A DNA stretch of 64,000 nt from an uncultured Candidatus Saccharibacteria bacterium (lineage in GTDB: Bacteria; Patescibacteriota; Doudnabacteria; UBA920), in the NCBI GenBank assembly GCA_964521955.1, contig CAZFTX010000001.1, positions 42,386-106,385 of the forward strand, in the 5' to 3' direction. Under the pieces are notes generated by a model that saw nothing but the letters and a program-made list of their open reading frames with translations, did no database searches and was not told where the DNA came from. Positions 27,449 through 36,673 of the stretch are shown here, in pieces. A program made the position numbers and the translations under genes. Position 1 is the stretch's first letter, and every line of letters starts with the position of its first letter.

Positions 27449-28207
27449 TTATTTATTTTCTGACTCCATAAATTTTTTAATTTCTTGCACAGTACTCATA
27501 AACTGAGCAGGAAAAATTATAGTAGAATTTTTTTCTATGCTTATTTCTGCCATAGTCTGCAAATTCCTTAACTGCAAAGCTATTGGGTGCGCGGCTATAA
27601 CATCAGCGGCTTCAGAAAGCTTCTGTGCTGACATAAACTCACCCTCAGCGGCAATTATTTTAGCTCTTTTTTCTCGTTCTGCTTCTGCCTGCTTTGCCAT
27701 AGCTCTCTGCATGTTTTCTGGAAGTTCAATATCTTTAATTTCAACTACCGAAACCACCACCCCCCACACTTCAGTATGCTGGTCTAACACTTTCCGAATT
27801 TCAGCGTTAATTGTGTCTCTTTCAGAAAGAATTTCATCTAACTGAAAACGACCGACAATATTCCTTAGGGTGGTTTGCGCAATTTGGTTAATTGCGGACA
27901 TAACATTCTCAATAGAAACTATACTCTTAACAGCGTCCACTATCTGGTAATATGCGACGGCAGAAACATCTACCGAAACATTGTCCTTAGTTATAATTTT
28001 CTGTGGTGGGATTGGCAAGGTAACAGTCCTAAAATCCACTTTTGTCATCCAGGAAATGTAAGGAATAATCCAAGTTAAACCAGGATTTTTTATACCGGTT
28101 ATTTTTCCCAAAACAAACACCACACCCTTTTGGTACTGTTGTACCACTCTAAGACCGGGAATGACAATAAAAAACAGAACTATAAGCACAACCCATAAAA
28201 TAGTCAT
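27449..28207 (-). CDS. SPFH/band-7 (stomatin/prohibitin-like) protein
   Basis: N-terminal TM, SPFH core and C-terminal coiled coil rich in AEAEREKRAKI. Confidence 0.8.
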   Translation of the reverse strand: MTILWVVLIVLFFIVIPGLRVVQQYQKGVVFVLGKITGIKNPGLTWIIPYISWMTKVDFRTVTLPIPPQKIITKDNVSVDVSAVAYYQIVDAVKSIVSIENVMSAINQIAQTTLRNIVGRFQLDEILSERDTINAEIRKVLDQHTEVWGVVVSVVEIKDIELPENMQRAMAKQAEAEREKRAKIIAAEGEFMSAQKLSEAADVIAAHPIALQLRNLQTMAEISIEKNSTIIFPAQFMSTVQEIKKFMESENK

Positions 28208-28357
28208 ATGTTTTATTTAAAAATAAATATCAAGCTTTAAAAATACACAGTCTCGGACAAGAGACAAAAAACATTTTTAATTTTGATTTTTTAAATTTAA
28301 ATTTTACAGATCCGTTACTTTTTTATGCCTTGAGGAATACCTGATCCTAAAAGAATA

Positions 28358-28783
28358 CTAATTTATAACTTCTACACCCATGCTTCTAGCTGTGCCTGCA
28401 ATAATCTTTTCTGCAGCTTCCAAAGAATGACAGTTTAAATCAGGCATTTTCTTTTCTGCAATTTCTCGTACTTGTTTTGCTGTAATTTTACCCACCTTTG
28501 TAGTAAGTGGGTTAGCAGAACCCTTAGCCAATCCAATTGCTTTCATTATTAAGTTTGCAGCCGGAGGAGTTTTGAGGATAAAAGTAAAAGTCCTGTCCTC
28601 AAAAATGGTCATTTCCACCGGAATAACCATGTCACCCATAGAAGCGGTTCGGTCGTTAAACTCTTTAACAAACTGGGCAATATTAATACCCTGCGGACCC
28701 AAAGCTGTACCTACTGGAGGTGCGGGAGTTGCTTTTGCAGCCGGAAGCTGCAACTTTACCATTGTTTTTACTTTCTTTGCCAT
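28358..28783 (-). CDS. rplK: 50S ribosomal protein L11
   Basis: 141 aa; [15 protein letters not shown] is the canonical L11 motif. Confidence 0.92.
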   Translation of the reverse strand: MAKKVKTMVKLQLPAAKATPAPPVGTALGPQGINIAQFVKEFNDRTASMGDMVIPVEMTIFEDRTFTFILKTPPAANLIMKAIGLAKGSANPLTTKVGKITAKQVREIAEKKMPDLNCHSLEAAEKIIAGTARSMGVEVIN

Positions 28784-28938
28784 AATATTTTAGATGGTAG
28801 ATCGCTGCCTTTTTTCAAAGGCTTTTTAGTGCGACCATAGATCACAAGACGAGTCCGTGACCAACCATTCCTTTCTTTAAATTAATACTCCTATATTCTT
28901 TGTGTTATTAGTGTAAAATTCGTAATTTCGTGTCATTA

Positions 28939-29484
28939 TTATATTTTCTTTACCTGCAAAAAGTCCAATTCTACGGGAGTTTCGCGGCCAAAAATTGTAA
29001 CCATTACTTTCACTTTTCCATGAGCTTCGTCTAAACCACCAACCTTACCTTCGTAGTCTTTAAAAGGCCCATCTGTAATTCTTACTAGCTCGCCCATTTC
29101 AAAATCAACTTTAAATTTGGGATCTTCCTGACCCATGCGCTTTTTTAAGTAAGCTAACTCTTCCTCTGAAATTGGAGTAGGAATAGTTCCGCTTCCTACG
29201 AAACCGGTAACATTAGGGGTGTTTCTTACAACATACCAAGAGTCGTCAGTAACAATCATGTCTACAAGCACATAACCGGGAAAGATTTTTTCTTCAAACG
29301 TAGTTCTTTTACCATCTTTAATCTTAATTTTTTTCTCCTTTGGCACAATGGAGTCAAAAATCCTGTCTTGCATATCCATAGACTCAATACGTTGCTTTAA
29401 GTTAAAAGCAACACTATCTTCATATCCACTATAGGTATGTAAAACGTACCAATGTCTTTCTCCGGTAACTTGTTGTCTGCTCAT
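28939..29484 (-). CDS. nusG: transcription termination/antitermination factor NusG
   Basis: NGN domain (WYVLHTYSGYE) and KOW motif (ELVRITDGPFKDYEGKV). Confidence 0.9.
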   Translation of the reverse strand: MSRQQVTGERHWYVLHTYSGYEDSVAFNLKQRIESMDMQDRIFDSIVPKEKKIKIKDGKRTTFEEKIFPGYVLVDMIVTDDSWYVVRNTPNVTGFVGSGTIPTPISEEELAYLKKRMGQEDPKFKVDFEMGELVRITDGPFKDYEGKVGGLDEAHGKVKVMVTIFGRETPVELDFLQVKKI

Positions 29485-29488
29485 ATAT

Positions 29489-30037
29489 TTAACTTATTAA
29501 ATTAATAGCTGTTAAAATTGCTATCAAAATTATTAAAACTTCCAAATAAAAACTTAAATGTTTACTATAAATTTTTAAAAATAATATCGAATGTTTAAAG
29601 AAGTTCTTTTCCTCTATGGCTAATTTGGAACCCTCGTTTTTAAAAGCATAAAGCTTAGTACTAAATGGCCAAAGCCACATGATTCCGTATTCTATACTAT
29701 CTAAAAAGAGATGGCTCCAAGTTCCTAAGACTAACAGAAGACTAACAAGCTTCCAATACTCATTTGGCGCTAACCAGTAAGCAAAACCCCCTAAAACTAA
29801 CCACGTAACCGGTGCGTGAGTAAAAAACCTTCTATGATGCTGGTCTGACTGCGGAGAAACTAAAAATCCTTTAGTTTTAAAAAAGAACCAAAATTCATCT
29901 AAGTCAGGAATAAAACCAAACAACATACCCCAAGCATACAATTGATATATTTCCGCTAAAGCCAGTTCCGGCTTTAAAACCTTAACACTAACTACAGCTG
30001 TTAAAAAACCAGCGGCTACGTGTCCTGTTGGCAACAT
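29489..30037 (-). CDS. membrane-bound metal-dependent hydrolase-like protein (YdjM/DUF457-like)
   Basis: Multi-TM with conserved His/Asp residues (H..AG...D.D...HRR.TH...SH..LD). Inserted between secE and nusG. Confidence 0.45.
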   Translation of the reverse strand: MLPTGHVAAGFLTAVVSVKVLKPELALAEIYQLYAWGMLFGFIPDLDEFWFFFKTKGFLVSPQSDQHHRRFFTHAPVTWLVLGGFAYWLAPNEYWKLVSLLLVLGTWSHLFLDSIEYGIMWLWPFSTKLYAFKNEGSKLAIEEKNFFKHSILFLKIYSKHLSFYLEVLIILIAILTAINLIS

Positions 30038-30038
30038 T

Positions 30039-30221
30039 TTACTTATTTAAAATTCTCTCAAAAATCTTAAGTAAAGCAAAATCACCTGCACCGAGAATTA
30101 AAGAAACTACAATACTGAAAACAATAACAGTCACGGTATATTTTAAAGTTTCCGCTCTGGTTGGCCAGACAACTTTACCTAACTCATTTTTTACTTCCTT
30201 TAAAAATCCAATTGGGTTCAT
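30039..30221 (-). CDS. secE: preprotein translocase subunit SecE
   Basis: 60 aa with a single C-terminal TM and a KEV..ELKKV..WP-like N-terminus. Classic secE-nusG synteny. Confidence 0.85.
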   Translation of the reverse strand: MNPIGFLKEVKNELGKVVWPTRAETLKYTVTVIVFSIVVSLILGAGDFALLKIFERILNK

Positions 30222-30267
30222 TTTTTGCTAGATACCTTATTACATTATAAAATTTAATCACTTATGT

Positions 30268-30395
30268 ATTGAGTCAAATCCGAGGCAAAATGCGCGGATG
30301 ATTTGAGCCGTAGTTGACCTACGGTGAGAATCAACGCAAGCATTTTAACAAAGGAGTTGACCAAAGCTATTTTTAGAATCGGACTTTGCCCGAGC
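30268..30395 (+). repeat. intergenic repeat family A, copy 1 (structured, ~130-165 nt)
   Basis: Shares gagtcaa(a/g)t(c/t)cgaggcaaaatg(c/t)gc(g/a)gatgatt(t/c)gagccgtag-N4-5-ctacggtgagaa..caacgcaagcattttaac...ccaaagctactttagaatc + terminal hairpin with the copies at 48908-49058 and 51604-51749. This copy lacks the internal ccccaaaggggtctggctccgccag segment. Confidence 0.7.
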
Positions 30396-30497
30396 AAAAA
30401 AATAGCGTTACATAAGTTGATTTTTGTCTTTTTTAAAAGGCCTTGCAGGGCCTTTTTATAGAAACATTATACAAAACCTTTCAAAGTCTGTCAAATA

Positions 30498-30893
30498 CTA
30501 CTTAGACCTTGCCAAAGCCACAGCCACTCTTTCAACAACCTGCTTTAAATCCGTGTTTGTTTTAACAAAATACTCGTCAATCTTTAAGGCTTGGGCGCTT
30601 AAAATATCTTTTTCAGACCACAAGTTACTTAAAACTATAACAATAGTTTCTGCAATCGCCTTATCCTCATGCTTACGAATAGTTTTTAATACCTCATAGC
30701 CATCCGCCTCGGGCAAAAGCAAATCCAAAAGAATCAAATTAGGTTTTTTTTCATAAACCAATTCAATTGCTTTTTTCCCGTCTTCAGCCTTTAAAACTTC
30801 ATAATTTTGATTGCTAAGTTTGTCAAAAAGTATATTTAACAGGGAGATATCATCCTCCACAATCAAAACCTTTTTTTGTGTATTTTTTTCCAT
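30498..30893 (-). CDS. stand-alone response-regulator receiver domain (CheY-like)
   Basis: 131 aa; IVEDD...LLDLLLPEADG...K, the usual Asp/Asp/Lys triad arrangement. Confidence 0.8.
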   Translation of the reverse strand: MEKNTQKKVLIVEDDISLLNILFDKLSNQNYEVLKAEDGKKAIELVYEKKPNLILLDLLLPEADGYEVLKTIRKHEDKAIAETIVIVLSNLWSEKDILSAQALKIDEYFVKTNTDLKQVVERVAVALARSK

Positions 30894-30923
30894 ACGCTCT
30901 ATTTTAAATTTAGCTTAATTATA

Positions 30924-31868
30924 TTATACCACATAAATAGTTGGGTTGCATATTGACTCAGAACCAACTTTAAAGTCAACTGTTAATTCACTCTGTGACT
31001 TTAGGCTGCTACCTGCTGGTAATTTAATATAAATTTTATAAAAACCCGGGTTTAACCTTAAAAAAAACTTTCCGTCAGAACGGGTAACAGTCTTAGCTAA
31101 GACCAAATTAGGCAAACTTGGACTCTTAAGTTCCAACAAAGCTCCTGCAATTGGTTTAAAACTGCCACCCTCTCTCAACCTACCCCAAAGTCTGGGTTGC
31201 CTAACAATTTTTTCTAGTAGATACAGACTAAAAGAAACTAAAAATATCAAAAGAATAAATAAAGTTACCCTGTTAAAAGTAAGTTTGTTTAAATAAGAAA
31301 TTAAAATCCAAACGAAAGAAAATAAAAAAACAAACCAAAAAATTACAGAGACAAATTGTAAAATAAAATTTTTGAAGTAGGGATATTTTTTTATATAAGA
31401 ATCTTTTGCAGTCTGATTCCAATCAAACTTAATTGGATCCATAGGAATATTTGGTGCAACAACTTCTGAATTGTCGACCAAATTAAAAAGTTCACCCCTA
31501 TATAGATCTTCATAAAAACCGTCACTCGGAGAACTTGAAAGTTGAGAAGGAAACCTATAGTGAGTTTTCTGCGCTAAAATTTTGTAAGTGCCAGGCTCTA
31601 CCAAAAATCCATATCTCCCGGAAATATCAGTAATACAATTTTGCACCTCTTTCAAACCATCAGCCGAAACTAGCTTTACCATAACCGGATCAAGTGGTTT
31701 TTTTTCAACACTATCATAGACAATCCCCCAAAACTTTCTTGGTTTGCGCAATCCTAAAAAAACAAAAATTAAATTAAGAAATTTCTGAAAAAATAAAATC
31801 ACCTGAATGAATACAGGCAAATATGCTTTTTTTACAACTTTACTTTCAATACTATTCATTACCCACAA
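30924..31868 (-). CDS. membrane protein with CarboxypepD_reg-like domains; paralog of the giant protein's C-terminal anchor
   Basis: RKFWGIVYDSVEKKPLDPVMV...TDISGRYGF...NIPMDPIKFDWNQT plus TM helices and a second domain (GKFFLRLNPGFYKIYI). Collinear with the giant protein's C-terminus (RRYWGTVYDSVTKQPLDPVIV...NIPMDPLAFDWNQT...KGRFFLKAPKGEYILRV). Confidence 0.7.
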   Translation of the reverse strand: MWVMNSIESKVVKKAYLPVFIQVILFFQKFLNLIFVFLGLRKPRKFWGIVYDSVEKKPLDPVMVKLVSADGLKEVQNCITDISGRYGFLVEPGTYKILAQKTHYRFPSQLSSSPSDGFYEDLYRGELFNLVDNSEVVAPNIPMDPIKFDWNQTAKDSYIKKYPYFKNFILQFVSVIFWFVFLFSFVWILISYLNKLTFNRVTLFILLIFLVSFSLYLLEKIVRQPRLWGRLREGGSFKPIAGALLELKSPSLPNLVLAKTVTRSDGKFFLRLNPGFYKIYIKLPAGSSLKSQSELTVDFKVGSESICNPTIYVV

Positions 31869-32693
31869 TTATTTAGAGACTGCGACACTTAAGATATTTT
31901 TTAAAAGAAATGCCACCGTAATAGGACCAACCCCTCCAGGAACAGCTGAAAGAAACTTTGCTTTTTCTAAAACCTCCTCAACTTCTACATCTCCATAAAT
32001 ACTCCCATCTATTTCTGAAGCCCCCGCATCAATAACCACTGCACCTGGTTTAATCATAGCACCATTTATTAAACGAGGTTGACCGGTTGCTGTAATAACA
32101 ATATCCGCTTGCTTAATAATCTCCTCTTTATGGCTACTTTGTTTAGTCAAAGTATTTATTTGTAAACCTCGTTTTTTTAAAAGAAAAGCTAAAGGCTTGC
32201 CTACCAAAACTCCCTGGCCTATAACTAAAAAGTTCAACAACTTTAAATCTAAAGACAAAGTTTCAAGAATATGTAGAATTGCTGCTGCTGTTGGCGGAAC
32301 AAATCTTGAATAACCACTGTAAAAAAGACTGGAATTTTCTGTACCCATACAATCTACGTCCAACTTAGGATCAACAGCATCTAAAACAGCTTGCTGATTA
32401 AAAGTTGCAGGTAAGGGCAGCTGAACAATTAAACCACAAATGTTTTTTTTCTGGTTAGTTTCTTTAATTTTGGAGATTAGTTCATTTTCGTCAATATTTT
32501 CTGGCAAGCTAATATGTTGAAATTCAAAACCGTTTCTTTTTGCTACTCGTCCTTTTATTTTTATATACGAAAGCGAAACAGGATCACTCCCAACTGAAAT
32601 ATCGCAAAAAAGAGGTTGAAAACTTAAAGCTTCAACTTCTTTTTTTACATCTTTTAGTATTTCTTCAGCAATCTCTTTTCCGTTTATTAGCAT
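31869..32693 (-). CDS. folD: bifunctional methylenetetrahydrofolate dehydrogenase/cyclohydrolase
   Basis: GLIVQLPLP, the NAD(P)-binding VVIGQGVLVGKPLAFLL and DVGIN-like (VVIDAGA) motifs. Start moved to MLINGKEIA. Confidence 0.88.
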   Translation of the reverse strand: MLINGKEIAEEILKDVKKEVEALSFQPLFCDISVGSDPVSLSYIKIKGRVAKRNGFEFQHISLPENIDENELISKIKETNQKKNICGLIVQLPLPATFNQQAVLDAVDPKLDVDCMGTENSSLFYSGYSRFVPPTAAAILHILETLSLDLKLLNFLVIGQGVLVGKPLAFLLKKRGLQINTLTKQSSHKEEIIKQADIVITATGQPRLINGAMIKPGAVVIDAGASEIDGSIYGDVEVEEVLEKAKFLSAVPGGVGPITVAFLLKNILSVAVSK

Positions 32694-32766
32694 ACAACAA
32701 TTATACCCCATTCAAAAAAGACTGAATAGTACTTTAATTCTCAACGCGCGATAAAATTTAGGCATG

Positions 32767-32859
32767 GGTTCAAATCCTAGGCAAAATGTGCGCCTGCCTG
32801 CCGGCAAGGCAGGGCTGATTCGATAAATAAATAGCATCCTGAGGATCGGGCTTTGCCCG
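32767..32859 (+). repeat. intergenic repeat family A, diverged copy
   Basis: Keeps the 5' (ttcaaatcctaggcaaaatgtgcgc) and 3' (atcgggctttgcccgg) ends of family A with a different internal core (cctgcctgccggcaaggcaggg hairpin). Confidence 0.45.
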
Positions 32860-32918
32860 GCCGAAGGATACAATATGCAGGGGGAGGTATTGGAAGGGGG
32901 CGGTACGCCCCCTCCAAA

Positions 32919-34865
32919 CTAATTATTTTCATACCACCACTTTAGTGCCTCCCTAACAACCGGCACTGCTGCTGCGTGTCCTTCCCCACCTGCTTCCACT
33001 AAAACAGTGATAACAATCTCCGGGTCATCAAAAGGAGCGTAAGCGGTAAACCAAGCGTGAGTACGACTCGGGTCTGAACCGTCAAACTGAGAAGTTCCCG
33101 TTTTTCCTGCTGAGACAAAAGGTAAATCTAAAAGTTTTACACCTGAACCATATTCCACTGTCTGCCTCATCCCTTCTTGCACCATACGCAAGTTTTCATC
33201 ACTTGCAAATTTTTCCACAATTACTTCGGGGTTACTTTTGAAAACCACCTTTCCCTGCTCGTCTAAAATTTCTGACAATATTTTAGGTTTGTAACCGACA
33301 CCGTCATTTGCAATAATCGCTGTCCACATTGTAACCTGCAAAGGCGTAGTTAGCATATCACCCTGACCAATCCCTACATGATAAGTATCCCCTAAATACC
33401 ATTTACTTAAAATAGGGTTATTTTTAAAGTATTCAGACTTCCACTTTGGATCTGCTACTACTCCGGGTTTTTCGCCCCGCATGTCTATGCCGGTAAGTTT
33501 GTCTAAATTAAATTTTCTATAATACTCAGCTAATTTTTCCGCTCCTAGACCCTGTATTGGGGAACTAGGATGACCTCCTGCGAGAATATAAAAATAGATA
33601 TCACTACTTTTAGCAATTGCAGAGTAAACATTAACGGGACCAAGTCCATCCCTTTTCCAACTTACAAAATTATAAGCAATACTTGGGTCAAACTGGTTCG
33701 GTATAACCAAAACCCCTCTGTCCACAACCACAGTGTTTTCAGTAACGGTTTTTTCTTCCAAAGCAGCAAGTGCTACCATAGGTTTAACCGTTGACCCGGG
33801 CGGATAAGTTCCTGCAATACTTCGGTTGAACAATGGCAAAGTCTTGTCATTTAAAAGCTCTTGATATTCATGAGTTTTAATTCCATGAGCGAAAAGATTA
33901 TTATTAAATCCAGGTAAACTTAGCAAAGCCAGCACTTCCCCATTTTTTGGATTCATTGCTACAGCAACTGCCTTGGTTTTAGGATTATTTTTTGTAAGAT
34001 CAGCAAACAACTTTTTCTGCAAACCGGCGTCAATATTCAATTTAGCGGTCATTCCTGGAACTGGTTTTTTCTCACCCAATACACTTAGAAGCCTGCCGGA
34101 AGCATCCACCTCAATTAAATTTTCCCCATTTATACCATGTAAATAATTTTCATACTGCCTTTCTATGCCAGTCTTACCGGTAAAGTCAATACTACCATAC
34201 TTAGCTTTGTCTAAGACTAAAGCTTCTTCAGAGTTTAAAAACCCGGTATAACCGACAGTATGAGAAAAAACTAAGGGGTTTAAGTAATCTCTCACCGGAA
34301 TTTTTTGAATAGAAAATCCCGGAAACTCTGCGGCTTTAGTTTCAAAAAGTATACTCTCTTCTGAGCTTAAATCTTGTTTAATAATTAGAGGTTCTAAAGA
34401 CCGACTCCCAGCTTTTTCCAATTTTGCACTTGCCTCGTTCCGATCAAAAGCAAACAACGCTGAGAGCTTGTCTAGTTCTTCGTTTAAAGTTTCTTTCGGT
34501 AAGTCAAAAGGCACAACAACTAAGTTAAAACTAGCCGTATTTTGAACTAAAACCTCACCTTTTCTATCCTGGATTAACCCTCTAGGAGCTAAAATGACTT
34601 GTCTTCTTAAACGATTTTCTTCTGACATCAAACTAAAATTTTGCCCTCTTACAATTTGTAAGGTAAAAACTCTCGCTACCAAAACAAAAAAACCCGCAAA
34701 TAAAATTACAGATAAAAAAGTCAGTTTCGGCTTTAATCGGTCAGAATCAAAAACCCCCTCTTTCACAGATGCCTGAAAGTCAGCGGCAGATTCCTCCCAT
34801 TCCAAGCCCTTTGACTGGGAAGAAGAGTAGGAAGTTGTAACTTCAAAAGGATCTTTCATAAACAA
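32919..34865 (-). CDS. mrdA: penicillin-binding protein 2 (peptidoglycan D,D-transpeptidase)
   Basis: 648 aa. N-terminal TM, dimerisation domain, transpeptidase motifs STVK, SSD(i) and KTGT. Synteny mreBCD-mrdA. Confidence 0.88.
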   Translation of the reverse strand: MFMKDPFEVTTSYSSSQSKGLEWEESAADFQASVKEGVFDSDRLKPKLTFLSVILFAGFFVLVARVFTLQIVRGQNFSLMSEENRLRRQVILAPRGLIQDRKGEVLVQNTASFNLVVVPFDLPKETLNEELDKLSALFAFDRNEASAKLEKAGSRSLEPLIIKQDLSSEESILFETKAAEFPGFSIQKIPVRDYLNPLVFSHTVGYTGFLNSEEALVLDKAKYGSIDFTGKTGIERQYENYLHGINGENLIEVDASGRLLSVLGEKKPVPGMTAKLNIDAGLQKKLFADLTKNNPKTKAVAVAMNPKNGEVLALLSLPGFNNNLFAHGIKTHEYQELLNDKTLPLFNRSIAGTYPPGSTVKPMVALAALEEKTVTENTVVVDRGVLVIPNQFDPSIAYNFVSWKRDGLGPVNVYSAIAKSSDIYFYILAGGHPSSPIQGLGAEKLAEYYRKFNLDKLTGIDMRGEKPGVVADPKWKSEYFKNNPILSKWYLGDTYHVGIGQGDMLTTPLQVTMWTAIIANDGVGYKPKILSEILDEQGKVVFKSNPEVIVEKFASDENLRMVQEGMRQTVEYGSGVKLLDLPFVSAGKTGTSQFDGSDPSRTHAWFTAYAPFDDPEIVITVLVEAGGEGHAAAVPVVREALKWWYENN

Positions 34866-34869
34866 GAGT

Positions 34870-34990
34870 TTGGAGGGAACAACCTATAGGTTTTTCCCTT
34901 CCAACGTCCCGCCTCTGGCGGGACTGCTTCCCTTTTCCATAGCGTGTCCTTTCGGTCAGGCAAAGCCTGAACCTCCAGGACAAGCTATAA
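34870..34990 (+). repeat. intergenic structured repeat family B, copy 1 (contains the 24-bp palindrome GGGAACAACCTATAGGTTTTTCCC)
   Basis: Homologous in reverse orientation to 36551-36668. Shared segments are aacctataggtttttcccttccaacg, ctgc.tcccttttccata and the terminal gtcct..ttcgg.cagg...ggac. The internal GC hairpins differ in sequence but both still pair (gtcccgcc-tct-ggcgggac against tgccgac-ttc-gtcggca). Confidence 0.7.
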
Positions 34991-35017
34991 TTAGAATTTA
35001 TTAATTACCAATAAATA

Positions 35018-35554
35018 TTAGAACTTTTTTGTAGACAAATATTTTAAATTTACGTACTTTAAATATTCTACCAATTTATAAATTAAATACGAAACAAATA
35101 AACTGTAAAAGGCTTCAATTATAATCTGAATAAAATTTCCCCGTATGCTTAAGGTAAAATCTTCTAAATTCACAAAAACCAAGAAATTAGAATAAATCCA
35201 AAAAAGTAAATAAAACAAAGCAATACTTCCTAAAATAAAAGGTGCCCATGACTTCAAACTTAAACCTATGGAAAAAAAATAATTACTTAAAATATGAAAC
35301 CCAACACTCAAGAATAAAAAACTAAACATGTAACCCCCAAACAAACTACCATAATATGAATCTAAAAATAAACCGGAAACAAACGCAACAAATAAAAAAC
35401 TGTAATCTTTGTCTTTAAAAATTGCCAAAACCAAGACAAAAAGTAAAAGCAGATTTGGAAACGCCCCATATATTGAAAAAAGCGGCTGCAGTATCACTGT
35501 TAAAATAAATAAAACAAAAATTGTAAATAGGTAAAGCAGGTATTTCATATTCAA
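35018..35554 (-). CDS. mreD: rod shape-determining protein MreD
   Basis: 178 aa polytopic membrane protein located between mreC and mrdA. Confidence 0.7.
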   Translation of the reverse strand: MNMKYLLYLFTIFVLFILTVILQPLFSIYGAFPNLLLLFVLVLAIFKDKDYSFLFVAFVSGLFLDSYYGSLFGGYMFSFLFLSVGFHILSNYFFSIGLSLKSWAPFILGSIALFYLLFWIYSNFLVFVNLEDFTLSIRGNFIQIIIEAFYSLFVSYLIYKLVEYLKYVNLKYLSTKKF

Positions 35555-35624
35555 ATTATGTTTATAATCCTAATTATCCGAATATTATATTTGGGGCATT
35601 AGGATAGAATTCGGATCATTCGGA

Positions 35625-36425
35625 TTATGGTTTTACTACGAAGACAAAGTTAAGATTGTGAAAATCTATCGGACTAATAATAATTGCCTTTTTAAAAAGC
35701 TCATTACTACTTGAAACCAAATCCCCGATTTCTCCGACTAAAATATTTTTTGGAATTTTCTCACTTATTCCAGCAGTAATCACCAATGACCCTTTTTCAA
35801 TTTTGTCGTTTTGCGGGAGCTGATCAATAACCAAACCCGAACCAAAAGAACCCTTTACTAAACCTTGAGAATTTCCGGTTAAAATTTTTCCATCAGTTAA
35901 AAAATTAGACCCTGTAGCAAGCAAAACCGTACTTAAATTTTTACCTGCGCGAATAACTTTACCAATCAAATAACCTTGCGAAATAACACCCATACCTTCA
36001 CTAATTCCCGCCTCTTCCCCACAATTAATATACACTGAATCGCTCAATCCTATAACCGTTTCAGAAAGTGCTACGCAAGGTATCAACTTTAAATTTGAAG
36101 ACTTTACAAATTGCAACTCTTTTCTTAATGCCTCGTTTTCTTTTTTTTCTTGCTCATACAAAACCAACTCTTGTCTAAGTTGCCCTACTTCTAAAACTAA
36201 TTCAGTATTTTCGTTTGCAATTTGTCTTAAATGATAAAGACTGTAAAAAAATTCTTTCACCGGATAACCCACAGTCTTTGCTATGGAAATAAACGGTCTT
36301 GGGGCATACAGAAAAACTTTTTGAATACTTTCAAGTTTGCCAATTGAATTTAAAAATACAAAAACAAAAACAAGAAATAAAAAAGCAAAGAAAATTGCAA
36401 AAAGTCTGGTGTAAATAAATCGCAT
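35625..36425 (-). CDS. mreC: rod shape-determining protein MreC
   Basis: N-terminal TM, coiled coil (LRQELVLYEQEKKENEALRKELQ) and a C-terminal beta domain. Confidence 0.8.
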   Translation of the reverse strand: MRFIYTRLFAIFFAFLFLVFVFVFLNSIGKLESIQKVFLYAPRPFISIAKTVGYPVKEFFYSLYHLRQIANENTELVLEVGQLRQELVLYEQEKKENEALRKELQFVKSSNLKLIPCVALSETVIGLSDSVYINCGEEAGISEGMGVISQGYLIGKVIRAGKNLSTVLLATGSNFLTDGKILTGNSQGLVKGSFGSGLVIDQLPQNDKIEKGSLVITAGISEKIPKNILVGEIGDLVSSSNELFKKAIIISPIDFHNLNFVFVVKP

Positions 36426-36550
36426 AAGAAAATGACAAAAATAAATAAAAATTAAGAAAATGACAAAAATAATTTACATCAAATTTTTAACTTTCGCCTA
36501 TGAATGTTTATTGGTTTGACCAAATCCTAATACTGTTAAACTCAATAGAA

Positions 36551-36668
36551 GTCCGAAAGGTCAGGATTCCCCTGCCTGTAGGACTACATTATGGAAAAGG
36601 GAGGCAGCGATGCCGACGAAGTCGGCAGAGCGTTGGAAGGGAAAAACCTATAGGTTTTTCACTCCAAG
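36551..36668 (-). repeat. intergenic structured repeat family B, copy 2 (inverted; palindrome GGGAAAAACCTATAGGTTTTTCAC)
   Basis: See family B copy 1; this is its reverse complement, located between mreC and mreB. Confidence 0.7.
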
Positions 36669-36673
36669 ATGTT

